Of a stretch of 64,000 nt of DNA, positions 29,883-41,071 are shown piece by piece. The position numbers and the translations under genes are program-made. The notes under the pieces were generated by a model. That model searched no databases. It had not been told where the DNA came from and saw only the letters and a list, made by a program, of their open reading frames with translations. This DNA comes from Planctomycetota bacterium (GTDB lineage Bacteria > Planctomycetota > B15-G4), in contig CBDFJQ010000002.1 in NCBI GenBank assembly GCA_965248575.1, positions 1,664,001-1,728,000 on the forward strand, written 5' to 3'. Position 1 is the first letter of the stretch. Each line of letters begins with the position of its first letter.

Positions 29883-31205
29883 ATGTCGTGCACCGTCACC
29901 ATCGACGGCCCTTGCCGCCGCACCCTGAGCTTCGAAGTCGAGCGCGAGCGTCTCCAGCAGGCCATCGACGAAAACATCCAGAAGCTTGCTCAAACCGCGA
30001 ATCTCAAGGGATTCCGCAAGGGCAAGGCTCCCGTGGACTTCATCCGCAAGACCCAAGGCGCCAAGGTTGAAGAAGAAGTCCGCCGCGAGATCATGAACCA
30101 AGAATTCTCGGCCGCCGTCCAGGAGCACTCGCTGCATCCTGTGGGCGAACCCGAAATGAACCTCGAAAAGCTCGATGCGGAGGGCCCAGGTCCCTTCACG
30201 TTCGAGCTGGCCATCGAGACGGCCCCGGATTTCGAGCCCGACGTACCTGAAGAATTCGCTGTCACGGTCGCTCTGGCCGCGGTGACGGACGAGATGGTCA
30301 AGGGTCAGGCCTACCAGTTCCGCGAACAGGGTGCCTCGCTCGAGGACGCTCCTGAGGGAGCGCCCGTCGCCCAGGACGACATCCTGGAGGGCACGGTTGT
30401 CTACGAGATCGAGGGCGAGGCGTTGGAGGCCCGCGCGGACCGCGCAGCCTTCACCAAGCACGACATCGTCGACAGCATCAAGCTGGACGGCTCGGGCAAG
30501 ACATTCATCAGCAAGGTGAAGGGCGACACGCTCAACTTTGACGTGACGCTGCCAGAACATTTCGCGCCGGCCGAGCACGCCGGCAAGGAAGCCAAACTGG
30601 CGTTCACCATCGACAGGCATCGCCTGGTGATCCTCCCGGAACTCAACGAGGAGTTCTTGAGCAAGATCGGCGTCAAGACCGAAGAGGAGATGATCGAGCG
30701 GATCCGCGAGGAACTGGTCATTCAACGCGCCCGTTCTCGCGATGAGATGGTCGACGGTGACATCGAGAAGCAGATCCTGGAGCGCAATGATTTCGAGTTG
30801 CCCGCCCGTCTGCTCAGCAAGGCTATCGAGAGCCGCGTGCACGAGTTTGCCCATCGCATCATGAAAGAGCGGGGGTTGGAGTCCGAGGACGGCCACCACC
30901 AGGCCGAAGAGCGCCGAGAGGAGATCGCCGAAGCCACCACGAAGGGGCTCCGCGTGGCCTTCCTCCTGAGCCGAATCGCCGAGGACCACGACCTCAAGCC
31001 GTCGGCGGAGGACACCATCAACCAGGTCAAGGGCATGGCCGCCCAGCAGCAGAAGGACCCCGACGAACTGCTCGCGCAGGCGCAGCGGGAAGGCTGGTTG
31101 CCCGACGTGTACGAACAACTGATGCACCAGAACGCCCGAGCCTGGCTGCGCGAGCTAGCCAAGGTGACCGAATCCGAACCCGAGGCGCCTTCAGCAGACG
31201 AGTAG
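29883..31205 (+). CDS. tig: Trigger factor
   Basis: Ribosome-binding signature '[10 protein letters not shown]'; directly upstream of clpP-clpX. Real start 29883. Confidence 0.93.
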   Translation: MSCTVTIDGPCRRTLSFEVERERLQQAIDENIQKLAQTANLKGFRKGKAPVDFIRKTQGAKVEEEVRREIMNQEFSAAVQEHSLHPVGEPEMNLEKLDAEGPGPFTFELAIETAPDFEPDVPEEFAVTVALAAVTDEMVKGQAYQFREQGASLEDAPEGAPVAQDDILEGTVVYEIEGEALEARADRAAFTKHDIVDSIKLDGSGKTFISKVKGDTLNFDVTLPEHFAPAEHAGKEAKLAFTIDRHRLVILPELNEEFLSKIGVKTEEEMIERIREELVIQRARSRDEMVDGDIEKQILERNDFELPARLLSKAIESRVHEFAHRIMKERGLESEDGHHQAEERREEIAEATTKGLRVAFLLSRIAEDHDLKPSAEDTINQVKGMAAQQQKDPDELLAQAQREGWLPDVYEQLMHQNARAWLRELAKVTESEPEAPSADE

Positions 31206-31281
31206 TCTGCGGCAGCTGAAACGGGCCAACCCAAGACACGCAGTCCATTCACGCAAGGGCCACGAGCCCCATCCGGGAGGG

Positions 31282-31947
31282 ATGAAACCAGACATGAAGA
31301 CCAGCGACAACGACGGTGCAGCCGAGAACGCCCTCTCTCCTCAGGGCTACTACCCCGTGCCCTACGTCATCGAGAAGACCGGACGTGGCGAGCGGGCGTA
31401 CGACATCTACAGCCGCTTGCTCGAAGACCGCATCGTGTTCATCGGCACGGCCATTGACGACCACGTGGCCAACGCCGTCGTTGCCCAGCTGCTGTTCCTC
31501 GAAAAGGAGAACAGAAGCCAGGACGTGAACATGTACGTGAACTCGCCCGGCGGCAGCGTCACGGCAGGCCTTGCGATCTATGACGCCATGCAGCATGTCG
31601 GCTGCGACGTCTCGACCTTCTGCATCGGGCAAGCCGCCAGCATGGGCGCGATCCTGCTCATGGCCGGGGCCAAGGGAAAACGTCACATCCTTCCCCATTC
31701 GCGCGTGATGATTCACCAGCCCTGGGGTGGCGCCGGCGGCACTGCAGCCGATATCCGCATCCAGGCTGACGAGATCCTCAAGCTCAAGGGCGACCTCAAC
31801 CAGATCATCGTCAAGCACTCAGGCAAGGACCTGAAGGCAGTTGAGGAGGACACCGACCGGGACACCTACCTCTCTGCGGAGGAAGCCGTGAAGTACGGAC
31901 TCGTAGACGAGATCATCATTCCATCGGACACTGGTTCGGGCAGCTGA
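31282..31947 (+). CDS. clpP: ATP-dependent Clp protease proteolytic subunit
   Basis: 'YDIYSRLL', 'NSPGG', Ser 'AASMG', His 'MIHQP', Asp 'DRD'. Confidence 0.97.
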   Translation: MKPDMKTSDNDGAAENALSPQGYYPVPYVIEKTGRGERAYDIYSRLLEDRIVFIGTAIDDHVANAVVAQLLFLEKENRSQDVNMYVNSPGGSVTAGLAIYDAMQHVGCDVSTFCIGQAASMGAILLMAGAKGKRHILPHSRVMIHQPWGGAGGTAADIRIQADEILKLKGDLNQIIVKHSGKDLKAVEEDTDRDTYLSAEEAVKYGLVDEIIIPSDTGSGS

Positions 31948-32043
31948 CGTGCGTGAGCTGGGTGCCGAGCCTGGCTCCCCCACCCAACGCGCCATCGACT
32001 CGACCAGCGACCCAGCACCGTCACCCAGACACCAGGCACTCTC

Positions 32044-33354
<1,311 letters not shown>

Positions 33355-33361
33355 CGTCCCG

Positions 33362-34432
33362 GTGGACACCCCCCCCGACCCGCGGTCCCCCGAACAGCCT
33401 GCATTGACCGATCTCGGCATCGCCGAGTACGGCCAGCTCGAGCAGCTGCCTGGCGCCAAGAAGTTCTCGCCCAAGCAGATCCGGCGCTGGGTGCTAGAGC
33501 GAGGTGTCTCGACCGTCGACGGCATGACGGACCTCTCCAAGCTGCTCCGTGAACAACTCTCGAGCCAGTGGCGGGTGCGACGCGGGACTCTCGAACGCAT
33601 CCACGAGAGCAAGGACGGAACCGCGGGCATCCTGACGCGACTCGACGACGGAAAACTCGTGGAGTCCGTGAGCATTCCCGAGGGCGACCGGCGCACCCTC
33701 TGCATCTCCAGCCAGGTCGGCTGCGCCGTGGCCTGTCAGTTCTGCGCCAGCGGGCTCGAAGGCGTCGAGCGCAACCTCAGCTCTGGCGAGATCATCGAGC
33801 AGATCCTGTTGGCCCGCGAACTCTCCCCCGAGCTGCCCCTCACCAACTATGTCTTCATGGGCTCAGGCGAGCCCACGCACAACATGAAGGCGGTGCGCAA
33901 GGCCATCGAAGTCATGAACCACCCGGACGGATTGGCCATCGGCGCACGCCGTATCACCGTCTCCACGATCGGACACCCGGAAGCGCTGGCGAAGCTCTCT
34001 GAGGACGAGATCCCCTTCAACATCGCGCTCTCCCTGCACGCCCCCACCGATGAAGCGCGGGAGGCCCTCATGCCCGGCCTGGGCCGATCCCAGCTGCGCG
34101 GGACGCTCGCAGCCGCTCACGCGCGCTTCGAGCAGACGGGCCGACGCATCACAGCCGAAGTCGTGGTCCTGGCGGGCGTCAATGACACGGTGGAGACCGC
34201 CTTGGAGTTCGCCGCCTTGCTGGGCGGCCTCAACGTCGTGGTCAACCTCATCCCCTGGAACCCGGTTGAGGACATCGCCCTCGCTCCGCCCCGTCATGAC
34301 CACGTCGAGGCCATGGCCAACACGCTGCGCACGCGGGGGATCACCACGACGGTCCGTCGCCCCCGGGGGCGGGATGTCGGCGTGGCGTGCGGGCAGTTGC
34401 GTCGTCGCGCCGCCCGCGCCAAGCCTGGCTAG
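33362..34432 (+). CDS. rlmN: Dual-specificity rRNA/tRNA radical SAM methyltransferase RlmN
   Basis: 'CISSQVGCAVACQFC', 'FMGSGEP', 'SLHAP', 'ACGQL'. Confidence 0.92.
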   Translation: MDTPPDPRSPEQPALTDLGIAEYGQLEQLPGAKKFSPKQIRRWVLERGVSTVDGMTDLSKLLREQLSSQWRVRRGTLERIHESKDGTAGILTRLDDGKLVESVSIPEGDRRTLCISSQVGCAVACQFCASGLEGVERNLSSGEIIEQILLARELSPELPLTNYVFMGSGEPTHNMKAVRKAIEVMNHPDGLAIGARRITVSTIGHPEALAKLSEDEIPFNIALSLHAPTDEAREALMPGLGRSQLRGTLAAAHARFEQTGRRITAEVVVLAGVNDTVETALEFAALLGGLNVVVNLIPWNPVEDIALAPPRHDHVEAMANTLRTRGITTTVRRPRGRDVGVACGQLRRRAARAKPG

Positions 34433-35190
34433 CGCAAGCGCTCTCGCGGAACAGCTGGCGAGTCCACTGCCTCCAGCCCGGCGCCCTCGCCCTGACGGAT
34501 GATCAGGATCGTCCCGGCCCCTCCACTGCTCTGGAACAGCAGGACCTCTTCCTGGCTCAGAGGGCGCAGACCCTGCATGTTCGGCGGTACCGACATGAGC
34601 AGGTCGCGCGACCCAGAGCTGTATCCCGGGCTCGACGATTTGGGGTCCAGGCTCGTCCCGAAGAATCCGAGCGGCAAGCGGTCAACCGGAGTCGGCGCGG
34701 GGCTCTGGAGCCCGCTCACCGGGCTCGTCAGGACCTGTTCATTGCCCTGTAGCCTCTCGCCTCCAGAGGCCAGGGCGTCGTCACTGAAGTAGCGCCACCC
34801 CGCCGTGCAAACGATGAGCACGGCAGCCGCCGCCGCCAGTCGCTGGAGCGCCGGAAAGCGGGCCAGCACGCCCAAGTGACCCGAGCCTGCAACCGAACCA
34901 AGTCCCATCGGAACGGCTGCAGGTCCAGGCTCTCCCACTTGAATCCGTGCCATGACCTCTTCCGTGAACCCTTCCAGCACTCCCTCTGGAAGGGGCTTCT
35001 CCGCCAACACACCCAAGCGCCCACGCATCACCGCAAACTCACGGAACTCCCGAAAGCAGGAGAGGCATTGCTTGAGGTGCGCGTCCACGGTGCCCACATG
35101 CTTCGGGTCCAGATCTCCACCCACGTGGAGCGGGAGCATGTTGCGAACGGTTCGGCAGGAGTCGTTTTGCGAAGTCAAGGTGTGGTCCAT
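34429..35190 (-). CDS. Zinc-binding (zf-HC2/ZAS) transmembrane anti-sigma factor
   Basis: 'HLKQCLSC' HxxxCxxC, one TM helix 'LAAAAAVLIVCTAGW'; immediately downstream of an ECF sigma. Confidence 0.85.
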   Translation of the reverse strand: MDHTLTSQNDSCRTVRNMLPLHVGGDLDPKHVGTVDAHLKQCLSCFREFREFAVMRGRLGVLAEKPLPEGVLEGFTEEVMARIQVGEPGPAAVPMGLGSVAGSGHLGVLARFPALQRLAAAAAVLIVCTAGWRYFSDDALASGGERLQGNEQVLTSPVSGLQSPAPTPVDRLPLGFFGTSLDPKSSSPGYSSGSRDLLMSVPPNMQGLRPLSQEEVLLFQSSGGAGTILIIRQGEGAGLEAVDSPAVPRERLR

Positions 35191-35221
35191 CCGTCGTGCG
35201 TTGTCTGGCTGTCTTACGGCG

Positions 35222-35917
35222 TCAGCGAGTCATCGTTGGTTTGGAATTCGGGGCGTCGCGGCTGACCGGGTTTGCTGCTGCCCCGGCTTCGGTTTTTCCA
35301 GCCTCGAGGCGCATCCACGAATCCTTGAACTGCTTGCGTGCCACGTGCAGGCGCCAACGCACCGTGGCGTGGGTGATCCCCGTGATGTCGGAGATCTGCT
35401 TGGAGGACAATCCCTCCAAGTCGCGCAGCGCGAGCACCGTGCGGTACTTCTCGTCGAGGGTGAGCAGGACGTTCCTGACGGTGCGCGAGATCTCGCGCGA
35501 TCCCTGCTCGGCGTCCGGCGACTGGCCGGGTCGTTCGTCGGCGATCGCCTCGCGGAAGATGTCGATGTCCACGCCCTTGTGACGCTTGTTGCGCCGCAGG
35601 TGATCGATCGCCAGGTTGACCGTGATGCGGTAGAGCCAGGTTGTGAAGGCCATCCGGAAGTCGAAGCGTTCCAGGGCGCGCCAGACGCGCACAAAAGCTT
35701 CCTGGGCCACATCGCGGGCACCGTCGGAGTCCCCCAGGACCCGGTAGGCGGCCCAGAACGCCCGCTCTTCATGTCGCTTGACCAGCGCCGCAAAGGCCTC
35801 CTGAGAGCCGTCCAGGGCTCCTCGGATCAGGTCATGATCATCGCGGGTTGGCTGAGGCATTTCGGTGGATGCTGAGGAGCGAGCGACGCGAGGCCTCAGC
35901 TGCGGGAGAGCAGTCAT
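35222..35917 (-). CDS. ECF-family RNA polymerase sigma factor
   Basis: Region 2 'DVAQEAFVRVW...FTTWLYRITVNLAID'; region 4 'LRDLEGLSSKQIS...TVRWRLHVAR'. Start 35917 or 35860. Confidence 0.93.
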   Translation of the reverse strand: MTALPQLRPRVARSSASTEMPQPTRDDHDLIRGALDGSQEAFAALVKRHEERAFWAAYRVLGDSDGARDVAQEAFVRVWRALERFDFRMAFTTWLYRITVNLAIDHLRRNKRHKGVDIDIFREAIADERPGQSPDAEQGSREISRTVRNVLLTLDEKYRTVLALRDLEGLSSKQISDITGITHATVRWRLHVARKQFKDSWMRLEAGKTEAGAAANPVSRDAPNSKPTMTR

Positions 35918-36021
35918 GGGGCCCAATACGCCTGGCCGGCGAGAAGTGATGGGATGGAATCGGGGGCTTTTGGACCGAACACTGGCGGCCCCCGCCCAAA
36001 CGCCGAGGAGCCCCACAGAGT

Positions 36022-36049
36022 CTATCGCCCCGTGGGACCGGAGGCTTGG
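36022..36049 (-). promoter_or_regulatory. Bipartite motif CCAAG-N15-GGCGATAG upstream of the ECF sigma gene
   Basis: Same spacing and CGAY core as the copies at filament genes; sense orientation. Confidence 0.55.
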
Positions 36050-36133
36050 GCCCAACAAAGCCGATTCTTCGGCCCTGGAGCCCCTGAGGGCCCAGAGAGG
36101 GAGGCAAAAGCGCCCCTCCGCCCACCCGAAGGC

Positions 36134-37156
36134 TCACGAGTCGTTGGAAACAGCGCTCTCTGAGGGGTCGGGCAGATAGGCGCCAATGTTGCGGTACTTC
36201 TGCTCCCGGTCGGCCAGCAGCTTGGCTGGGCTCAGCTTCGAGAGCTCGGCCAGATGGCGTTCCACAGCCTCGCTCAGAATCTCGGCGGCACCTTCCTTGT
36301 CCCGATGAGCACCCCCAGGGGGCTCCGGGAGGATCTCGTCCGCCACGCCCAGCTCCATCAGAGCCGACGACGTCAGCCGCAGGGCATGGGCTGCCTCCTC
36401 GGCCCTCGAACCGTCCTTCCAGAGAATCGAGGCGCATCCCTCGGGTGAGATAACCGAGTAGTACGCGTTCTCGAGCACGAGCAGCCGGTCGCACACACCG
36501 ATCCCCAGCGCACCTCCGCTGCCACCCTCGCCGATCACGACGCTGACGATCGGAACCGGCAGGCGGGACATCTCGAAGATCGTCCAGGCGATGGCGCTCG
36601 CTTGACCCCGCTCCTCGGCGCCGATGCCCGGGTAGGCGCCAGGCGTGTTGATCAGGGTGACGATAGGCAGGTTCATGCGCACCGCCAGCTGCATGCAGCG
36701 CAGTGCCTTGCGGTACCCCTCAGGGTGCGCGCAGCCCCAGTTGCACTGGATACGCGCCTCGGTCGTCCGCCCCTTGCGGTGGGCCACCAACAGCACGCGC
36801 CTGGAGCCGAGGGTCACCAGGCCCGTGAAGATGGCCTTGTCGTCCCCGAAGGTGCGATCGCCGTGGAGCTCGATGACATCCGTTCCCAGCGCCTCCAGGT
36901 AGTCCCCGGAGACCGGCCGGTTCATGTGCCGGCTGAGCTGGATCCTCTGCCACATGGTCAGACTGGCCACCATGTCGGCCAGGGCGGCGTCCCGCTCCTC
37001 GGTGACCGTGCCGATCTCGGCCAGGAGCTCCGGTTCGGGCGCATCGCCCTGTTCCTTGGCGGTTGCCGTCAGCTCAGCGAGCTTGACGTCCAACTCGGCA
37101 ACCGGGCGCTCAAAGGCGAGCGTGTTCTTGAGTGGGTCCTTCTTGGAGCGAGCCAT
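36134..37156 (-). CDS. accA: Acetyl-CoA carboxylase carboxyltransferase alpha subunit
   Basis: 'ELHGDR', 'PEGYRKALR', 'AEERGQ', 'GEGGSGGALG', 'YSVISPEGCA'. Confidence 0.97.
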   Translation of the reverse strand: MARSKKDPLKNTLAFERPVAELDVKLAELTATAKEQGDAPEPELLAEIGTVTEERDAALADMVASLTMWQRIQLSRHMNRPVSGDYLEALGTDVIELHGDRTFGDDKAIFTGLVTLGSRRVLLVAHRKGRTTEARIQCNWGCAHPEGYRKALRCMQLAVRMNLPIVTLINTPGAYPGIGAEERGQASAIAWTIFEMSRLPVPIVSVVIGEGGSGGALGIGVCDRLLVLENAYYSVISPEGCASILWKDGSRAEEAAHALRLTSSALMELGVADEILPEPPGGAHRDKEGAAEILSEAVERHLAELSKLSPAKLLADREQKYRNIGAYLPDPSESAVSNDS

Positions 37157-37268
37157 GGCAGCGGATCGTACCGGCTTCGACCTCACCGACGGTAGCCGCT
37201 GTCCCCAAGGGGCCCCGGTTGGCTAGCATGTCGCGCCTCTCGGCCAACGGTCCCACGGACAGCAGCGC

Positions 37269-40229
37269 GTGACTCCCCCCCGCACAACGGCCGCCGGCAC
37301 TGCCTACTGCATTGAAGTCGGCATTCGCCCGGATCGGCGCGATGTTCTCGCTCACCGCCTCCTCGACGCAGCCCGCGATGCAGGCCTGTCGCTTCCGGAC
37401 GGGCTTTCGACCCGCCGGGGCTACTCGCTGAGGATCCTCGCTGAACCGCCCCAGGCGTCGACGGGCTCGGCGCCCCCCGCAACGGATTCTGGAGCCGAAG
37501 GGGCACAGCTGCTCGCTGCCCGGCTCCTGGCCGACCCCGTGATGAACGACTTCCGGGTCTACACGCCGGACCAGTCGCCCGCCGTGCCGGACACCCAGCG
37601 CCTTGAGGTGGTGCGCCGAGCTGGCGTCATGGACCCGACCGCCCAGAGCGTCGTGCGAGCCGCCAGGGCGCTCGGCATCGAGGTGACGGATGTCCGCTCC
37701 TGGAATGCCTATGTGCTGCCAGGCGCCACGGACCCGGAGCTGCTCGAACGCTTCGGCCAGGATGTCCTCGCCAACGAAGTCATCGAGGAGGTGCGGCTCA
37801 ACCCTGAGCAGGGCATCCCACCGGCTCCGCAACTCGCTGAGCGTGCCTTCACCCTCAACCACGTGAAGCTCGCCGACGCCGATGAGCAGCGCCTCGCACA
37901 CCTGAGCGTCGAAGGATGCCTGGCGCTGGACACCACGGAAATGAAGGCGGTCCAGGCGCACTTCGCCCACGAGGGACGCGACCCCACCGACATCGAACTC
38001 GAGACCATCGCCCAGACCTGGTCCGAACACTGCAAGCACAAGACGCTGACCGGCCTCGTGAACTACGAAGGCAAGATTCACGACAACCTGCTGAAGTCGA
38101 CCATCGCCCGCGCGACCCACGAACTGGACCGCGACTTCTGCATCTCGGTCTTCGTCGACAACGCAGGCATCGTGGCCTTCGACGACAAGCACCACCTCAC
38201 CATGAAGGTCGAGACCCACAACCACCCCTCGGCGCTGGAGCCCTACGGTGGCGCGGGCACGGGCATGGGCGGCGTCCTCCGCGACACCATGGGGACCGGG
38301 CTCGGCGCGCGCCCCGTGGCGTCGACCGACGTGTTCTGCTTCGGCCCGCACGACCTGCCAGCCGAGCGGCTGCCCAAGGGCTGCCTGCACCCCCTGCGTG
38401 TCATGAAGGGCGTCGTCTCGGGCGTCCGCGACTACGGCAACCGCATGGGTATCCCCACGGTGAACGGCGCCGTCTGCTTCGATGAGCGCTACGTGGGCAA
38501 CCCCCTGGTCTACTGCGGCAGCGTCGGCCTGATCCCCGTGGAGCATGTGCACAAGGAAGTGCGCGCCGGGGACAAGATCGTCGTCTGCGGCGGCGCAACG
38601 GGCCGCGACGGCATCCACGGCGCCACGTTCTCCAGCCTGGAGCTGCACGACGAAAGCGAGAGCGTGTCATCCGGCGCGGTGCAGATCGGCAACGCCATCG
38701 AGGAGAAGCGGGTGCTGGACGTGCAGATGGAAGCGCGCGACCGGCGGCTCTATCGCGGGGTGACCGATTGTGGTGCCGGCGGGCTGTCCTCCGCGGTGGG
38801 CGAGATGGGCGAGACCTGCGGCGCCCACGTGATCCTGGATCAGGTGCCCCTGAAGTATCACGGCCTCAGCTATCCCGAGATCTGGATCTCGGAAGCCCAG
38901 GAACGCATGGTCTTTGCCGTGCCACCTGAGCACGTGGACGAGCTGCTGGAGCTGTGTGAGTCCCAGGATGTCGACGCCTCGGTCATCGGCACCTTCGACG
39001 GCAGCATGCGTCTGACCGCCGAGTTCCATGGCACGAAGGTCATGGACCTGCCCATGGGTTTCCTGCACGACGGCCTACCGCGCCGGACGCGCGATGCCAG
39101 CCGCCGGAAGCGTGAACTCTCGGACCCGGCCCCGCTCGCCATGGAGGCTGCTGGCTCCATGCTGCTGCGGATCCTCGCCTCTCCCAATGTGGCCAGCAAG
39201 GCCTGGATCATCCGCCAATACGATCACGAGGTTCAGGCAGGCTCGGTCATCAAGCCGCTCGTGGGCCCACGACGGAACGGGCCAGGGGACGCCGCTGTGG
39301 TGGCGCCGGTGCTCGGCTCATCGAAGGCGTTCGCCGTGGGCTGCGGCCTGAACCCCATGCTCGGCGACGTCGACCCGTACCAGATGGCGCTGCATGCCAT
39401 CGACGAAGCCATGCGCAATGTGGTCTGCGTCGGCGGTGACCCGGACCAGACCTCCTTGCTCGACAACTTCTCCTGGGGCAACTGCGAGAAGCCCGACAAC
39501 CTGGGCGACCTCGTGGAGGCCTGCCTTGCCTGCTACGACGGCGCCATCGCCTACCGGACGCCGTTCATCTCCGGCAAAGACAGCCTCAACAACGACTACC
39601 GCGTCGGGGACGAGAGCCGCTCGATCCCCCCCACCCTGCTCATCTCGGCCCTGGCCATCGTGCCGGAGATCTCCTGCGCCGCGAGCATGGACATGAAGGC
39701 CCCCGGGCACGAGCTGGTGCTGGTGGGCGTGACGGGGCCGGAGCTGGGCGGAAGCCACCTGGCCCACCTGAGCGGGTCCACCGGCAAGCTGGTGCCGCCG
39801 CTCGACCTCGAACAGGCACCGCGCCTGCTGGACGCCGTGCACGAGGCGCTCAAGGCCGGGCTCGTGGCCTCCAGCCACGACCTCTCCGAAGGTGGCCTGG
39901 CGGTCGCTGCAGCAGAGATGGCCTTCGCGGGCGAGGTCGGGGCCGAGCTCGACATCTCATTGGTCCCGACCCGTGACGGAGCCGACGCCACGGCCAGGCT
40001 CTTCGGCGAATCCCCTTCACGGCTCCTGCTGGAAGTCATGCCGGATCGCCTCGCGTCGCTGCACGACATCCTCGGGGACCTACCCCACGCCGTGGTGGGC
40101 CGCACGATCTCGGCCCAACACCTGCGTTTCAGCGACGGGCAGGACGTCCTGCTGGAAGAATCACTCGACGCCTTGCGACTCGCACACCTGCGCACGCTCG
40201 ACCTCGACGGGGAGTACGGAGACTCATGA
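37269..40229 (+). CDS. purL: FGAM synthase PurL with two N-terminal PurS-like domains
   Basis: 'QTWSEHCKHK', 'KVETHNHPS', 'DCGAGGL', 'SEAQERM', 'HDLSEGGL'; N-terminal PurS-like repeats ending 'LADPV' and 'LANEV'. Confidence 0.95.
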   Translation: MTPPRTTAAGTAYCIEVGIRPDRRDVLAHRLLDAARDAGLSLPDGLSTRRGYSLRILAEPPQASTGSAPPATDSGAEGAQLLAARLLADPVMNDFRVYTPDQSPAVPDTQRLEVVRRAGVMDPTAQSVVRAARALGIEVTDVRSWNAYVLPGATDPELLERFGQDVLANEVIEEVRLNPEQGIPPAPQLAERAFTLNHVKLADADEQRLAHLSVEGCLALDTTEMKAVQAHFAHEGRDPTDIELETIAQTWSEHCKHKTLTGLVNYEGKIHDNLLKSTIARATHELDRDFCISVFVDNAGIVAFDDKHHLTMKVETHNHPSALEPYGGAGTGMGGVLRDTMGTGLGARPVASTDVFCFGPHDLPAERLPKGCLHPLRVMKGVVSGVRDYGNRMGIPTVNGAVCFDERYVGNPLVYCGSVGLIPVEHVHKEVRAGDKIVVCGGATGRDGIHGATFSSLELHDESESVSSGAVQIGNAIEEKRVLDVQMEARDRRLYRGVTDCGAGGLSSAVGEMGETCGAHVILDQVPLKYHGLSYPEIWISEAQERMVFAVPPEHVDELLELCESQDVDASVIGTFDGSMRLTAEFHGTKVMDLPMGFLHDGLPRRTRDASRRKRELSDPAPLAMEAAGSMLLRILASPNVASKAWIIRQYDHEVQAGSVIKPLVGPRRNGPGDAAVVAPVLGSSKAFAVGCGLNPMLGDVDPYQMALHAIDEAMRNVVCVGGDPDQTSLLDNFSWGNCEKPDNLGDLVEACLACYDGAIAYRTPFISGKDSLNNDYRVGDESRSIPPTLLISALAIVPEISCAASMDMKAPGHELVLVGVTGPELGGSHLAHLSGSTGKLVPPLDLEQAPRLLDAVHEALKAGLVASSHDLSEGGLAVAAAEMAFAGEVGAELDISLVPTRDGADATARLFGESPSRLLLEVMPDRLASLHDILGDLPHAVVGRTISAQHLRFSDGQDVLLEESLDALRLAHLRTLDLDGEYGDS

Positions 40230-41029
40230 CCACCCCATCCGTCCTGGTTCTGCGCGCCGCAGGCACCAACTGCGAGCTCGAAACCGCTCACGCCTTCCGT
40301 CACTTCGGTGCCGACACGGAGACGCTGCACGTCAACGCGCTGCTGGCGAACCCAGACCTGCTCCAGGCCCACCATGTGTTGGCCATCCCAGGTGGGTTCT
40401 CCTACGGCGACGACATCGGCGCCGGGGCGGTGTTCGCCTGTGAACTCGGCACCCGACTCGCCCAGCCGCTGACCCGCTTCGTGGAGGACGGAGGGCTGGT
40501 GCTGGGCATCTGCAACGGCTTCCAGGTCCTCGTCCGGCTGGGGCTGCTGCCCGGCCTCGACGCGACCCTGGGTCAGCCTGAGCTGAGCCTGAGCGACAAC
40601 GTGTCCCACAAGTACGAGGATCGCTGGGTGCGTATGGCGATTGCATCGCGCCGCTGCGTGTTCGTGGGCGACATGGAGGCTCCCGAGCTGCCCCTCGCCC
40701 ACGCGGAAGGGCGCATCGTCTGCCCTGATCCGGGCACCTTGAAGCGCCTGCAGGATGAGGACCGGGTCGTCTTCCGCTACGCCGACGGCCATGGCCAACC
40801 CACCAACGACTACCCCGCGAACCCCAACGGTAGCGTGGATGCCATCGCGGGCCTCACGGACAGGACCGGCAGGGTTCTCGGGTTGATGCCCCACCCGGAG
40901 CGCGCCTTCTTCGGTTTCCATCATCCGGACTGGACGCGCTCCCGCTACGACGGCACGGGGCCTTCGGATCTCGGGCCCGGTGCGCCGCTGTTCGCCAACG
41001 CCTGTGACTGGGTTCGCCGCGAGCGCTAG
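40226..41029 (+). CDS. purQ: FGAM synthase glutaminase subunit PurQ
   Basis: 'GTNCE', 'PGGFSYGD', 'GICNGFQ', 'NPNGS', 'MPHPER'; ATGA overlap with purL. Confidence 0.96.
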   Translation: MTTPSVLVLRAAGTNCELETAHAFRHFGADTETLHVNALLANPDLLQAHHVLAIPGGFSYGDDIGAGAVFACELGTRLAQPLTRFVEDGGLVLGICNGFQVLVRLGLLPGLDATLGQPELSLSDNVSHKYEDRWVRMAIASRRCVFVGDMEAPELPLAHAEGRIVCPDPGTLKRLQDEDRVVFRYADGHGQPTNDYPANPNGSVDAIAGLTDRTGRVLGLMPHPERAFFGFHHPDWTRSRYDGTGPSDLGPGAPLFANACDWVRRER

Positions 41030-41071
41030 GCGCACAAGCGGGCCACGACTGCTGCGATTGCCCAGGCCTTC

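Noticed and set aside
28113..31205. Apparent 1004-aa (-) and 956-aa (+) overlapping ORFs, suggesting giant LysRS or trigger factor fusions
   Set aside because: Each is the real gene plus the stop-free antisense shadow of its divergent neighbour. Homology begins at 29741 (lysS) and 29883 (tig).
35191..35217. GTAAG-N14-CACGACGG before the anti-sigma gene
   Set aside because: Spacing differs by one and the site directly abuts the ATG; likely chance.
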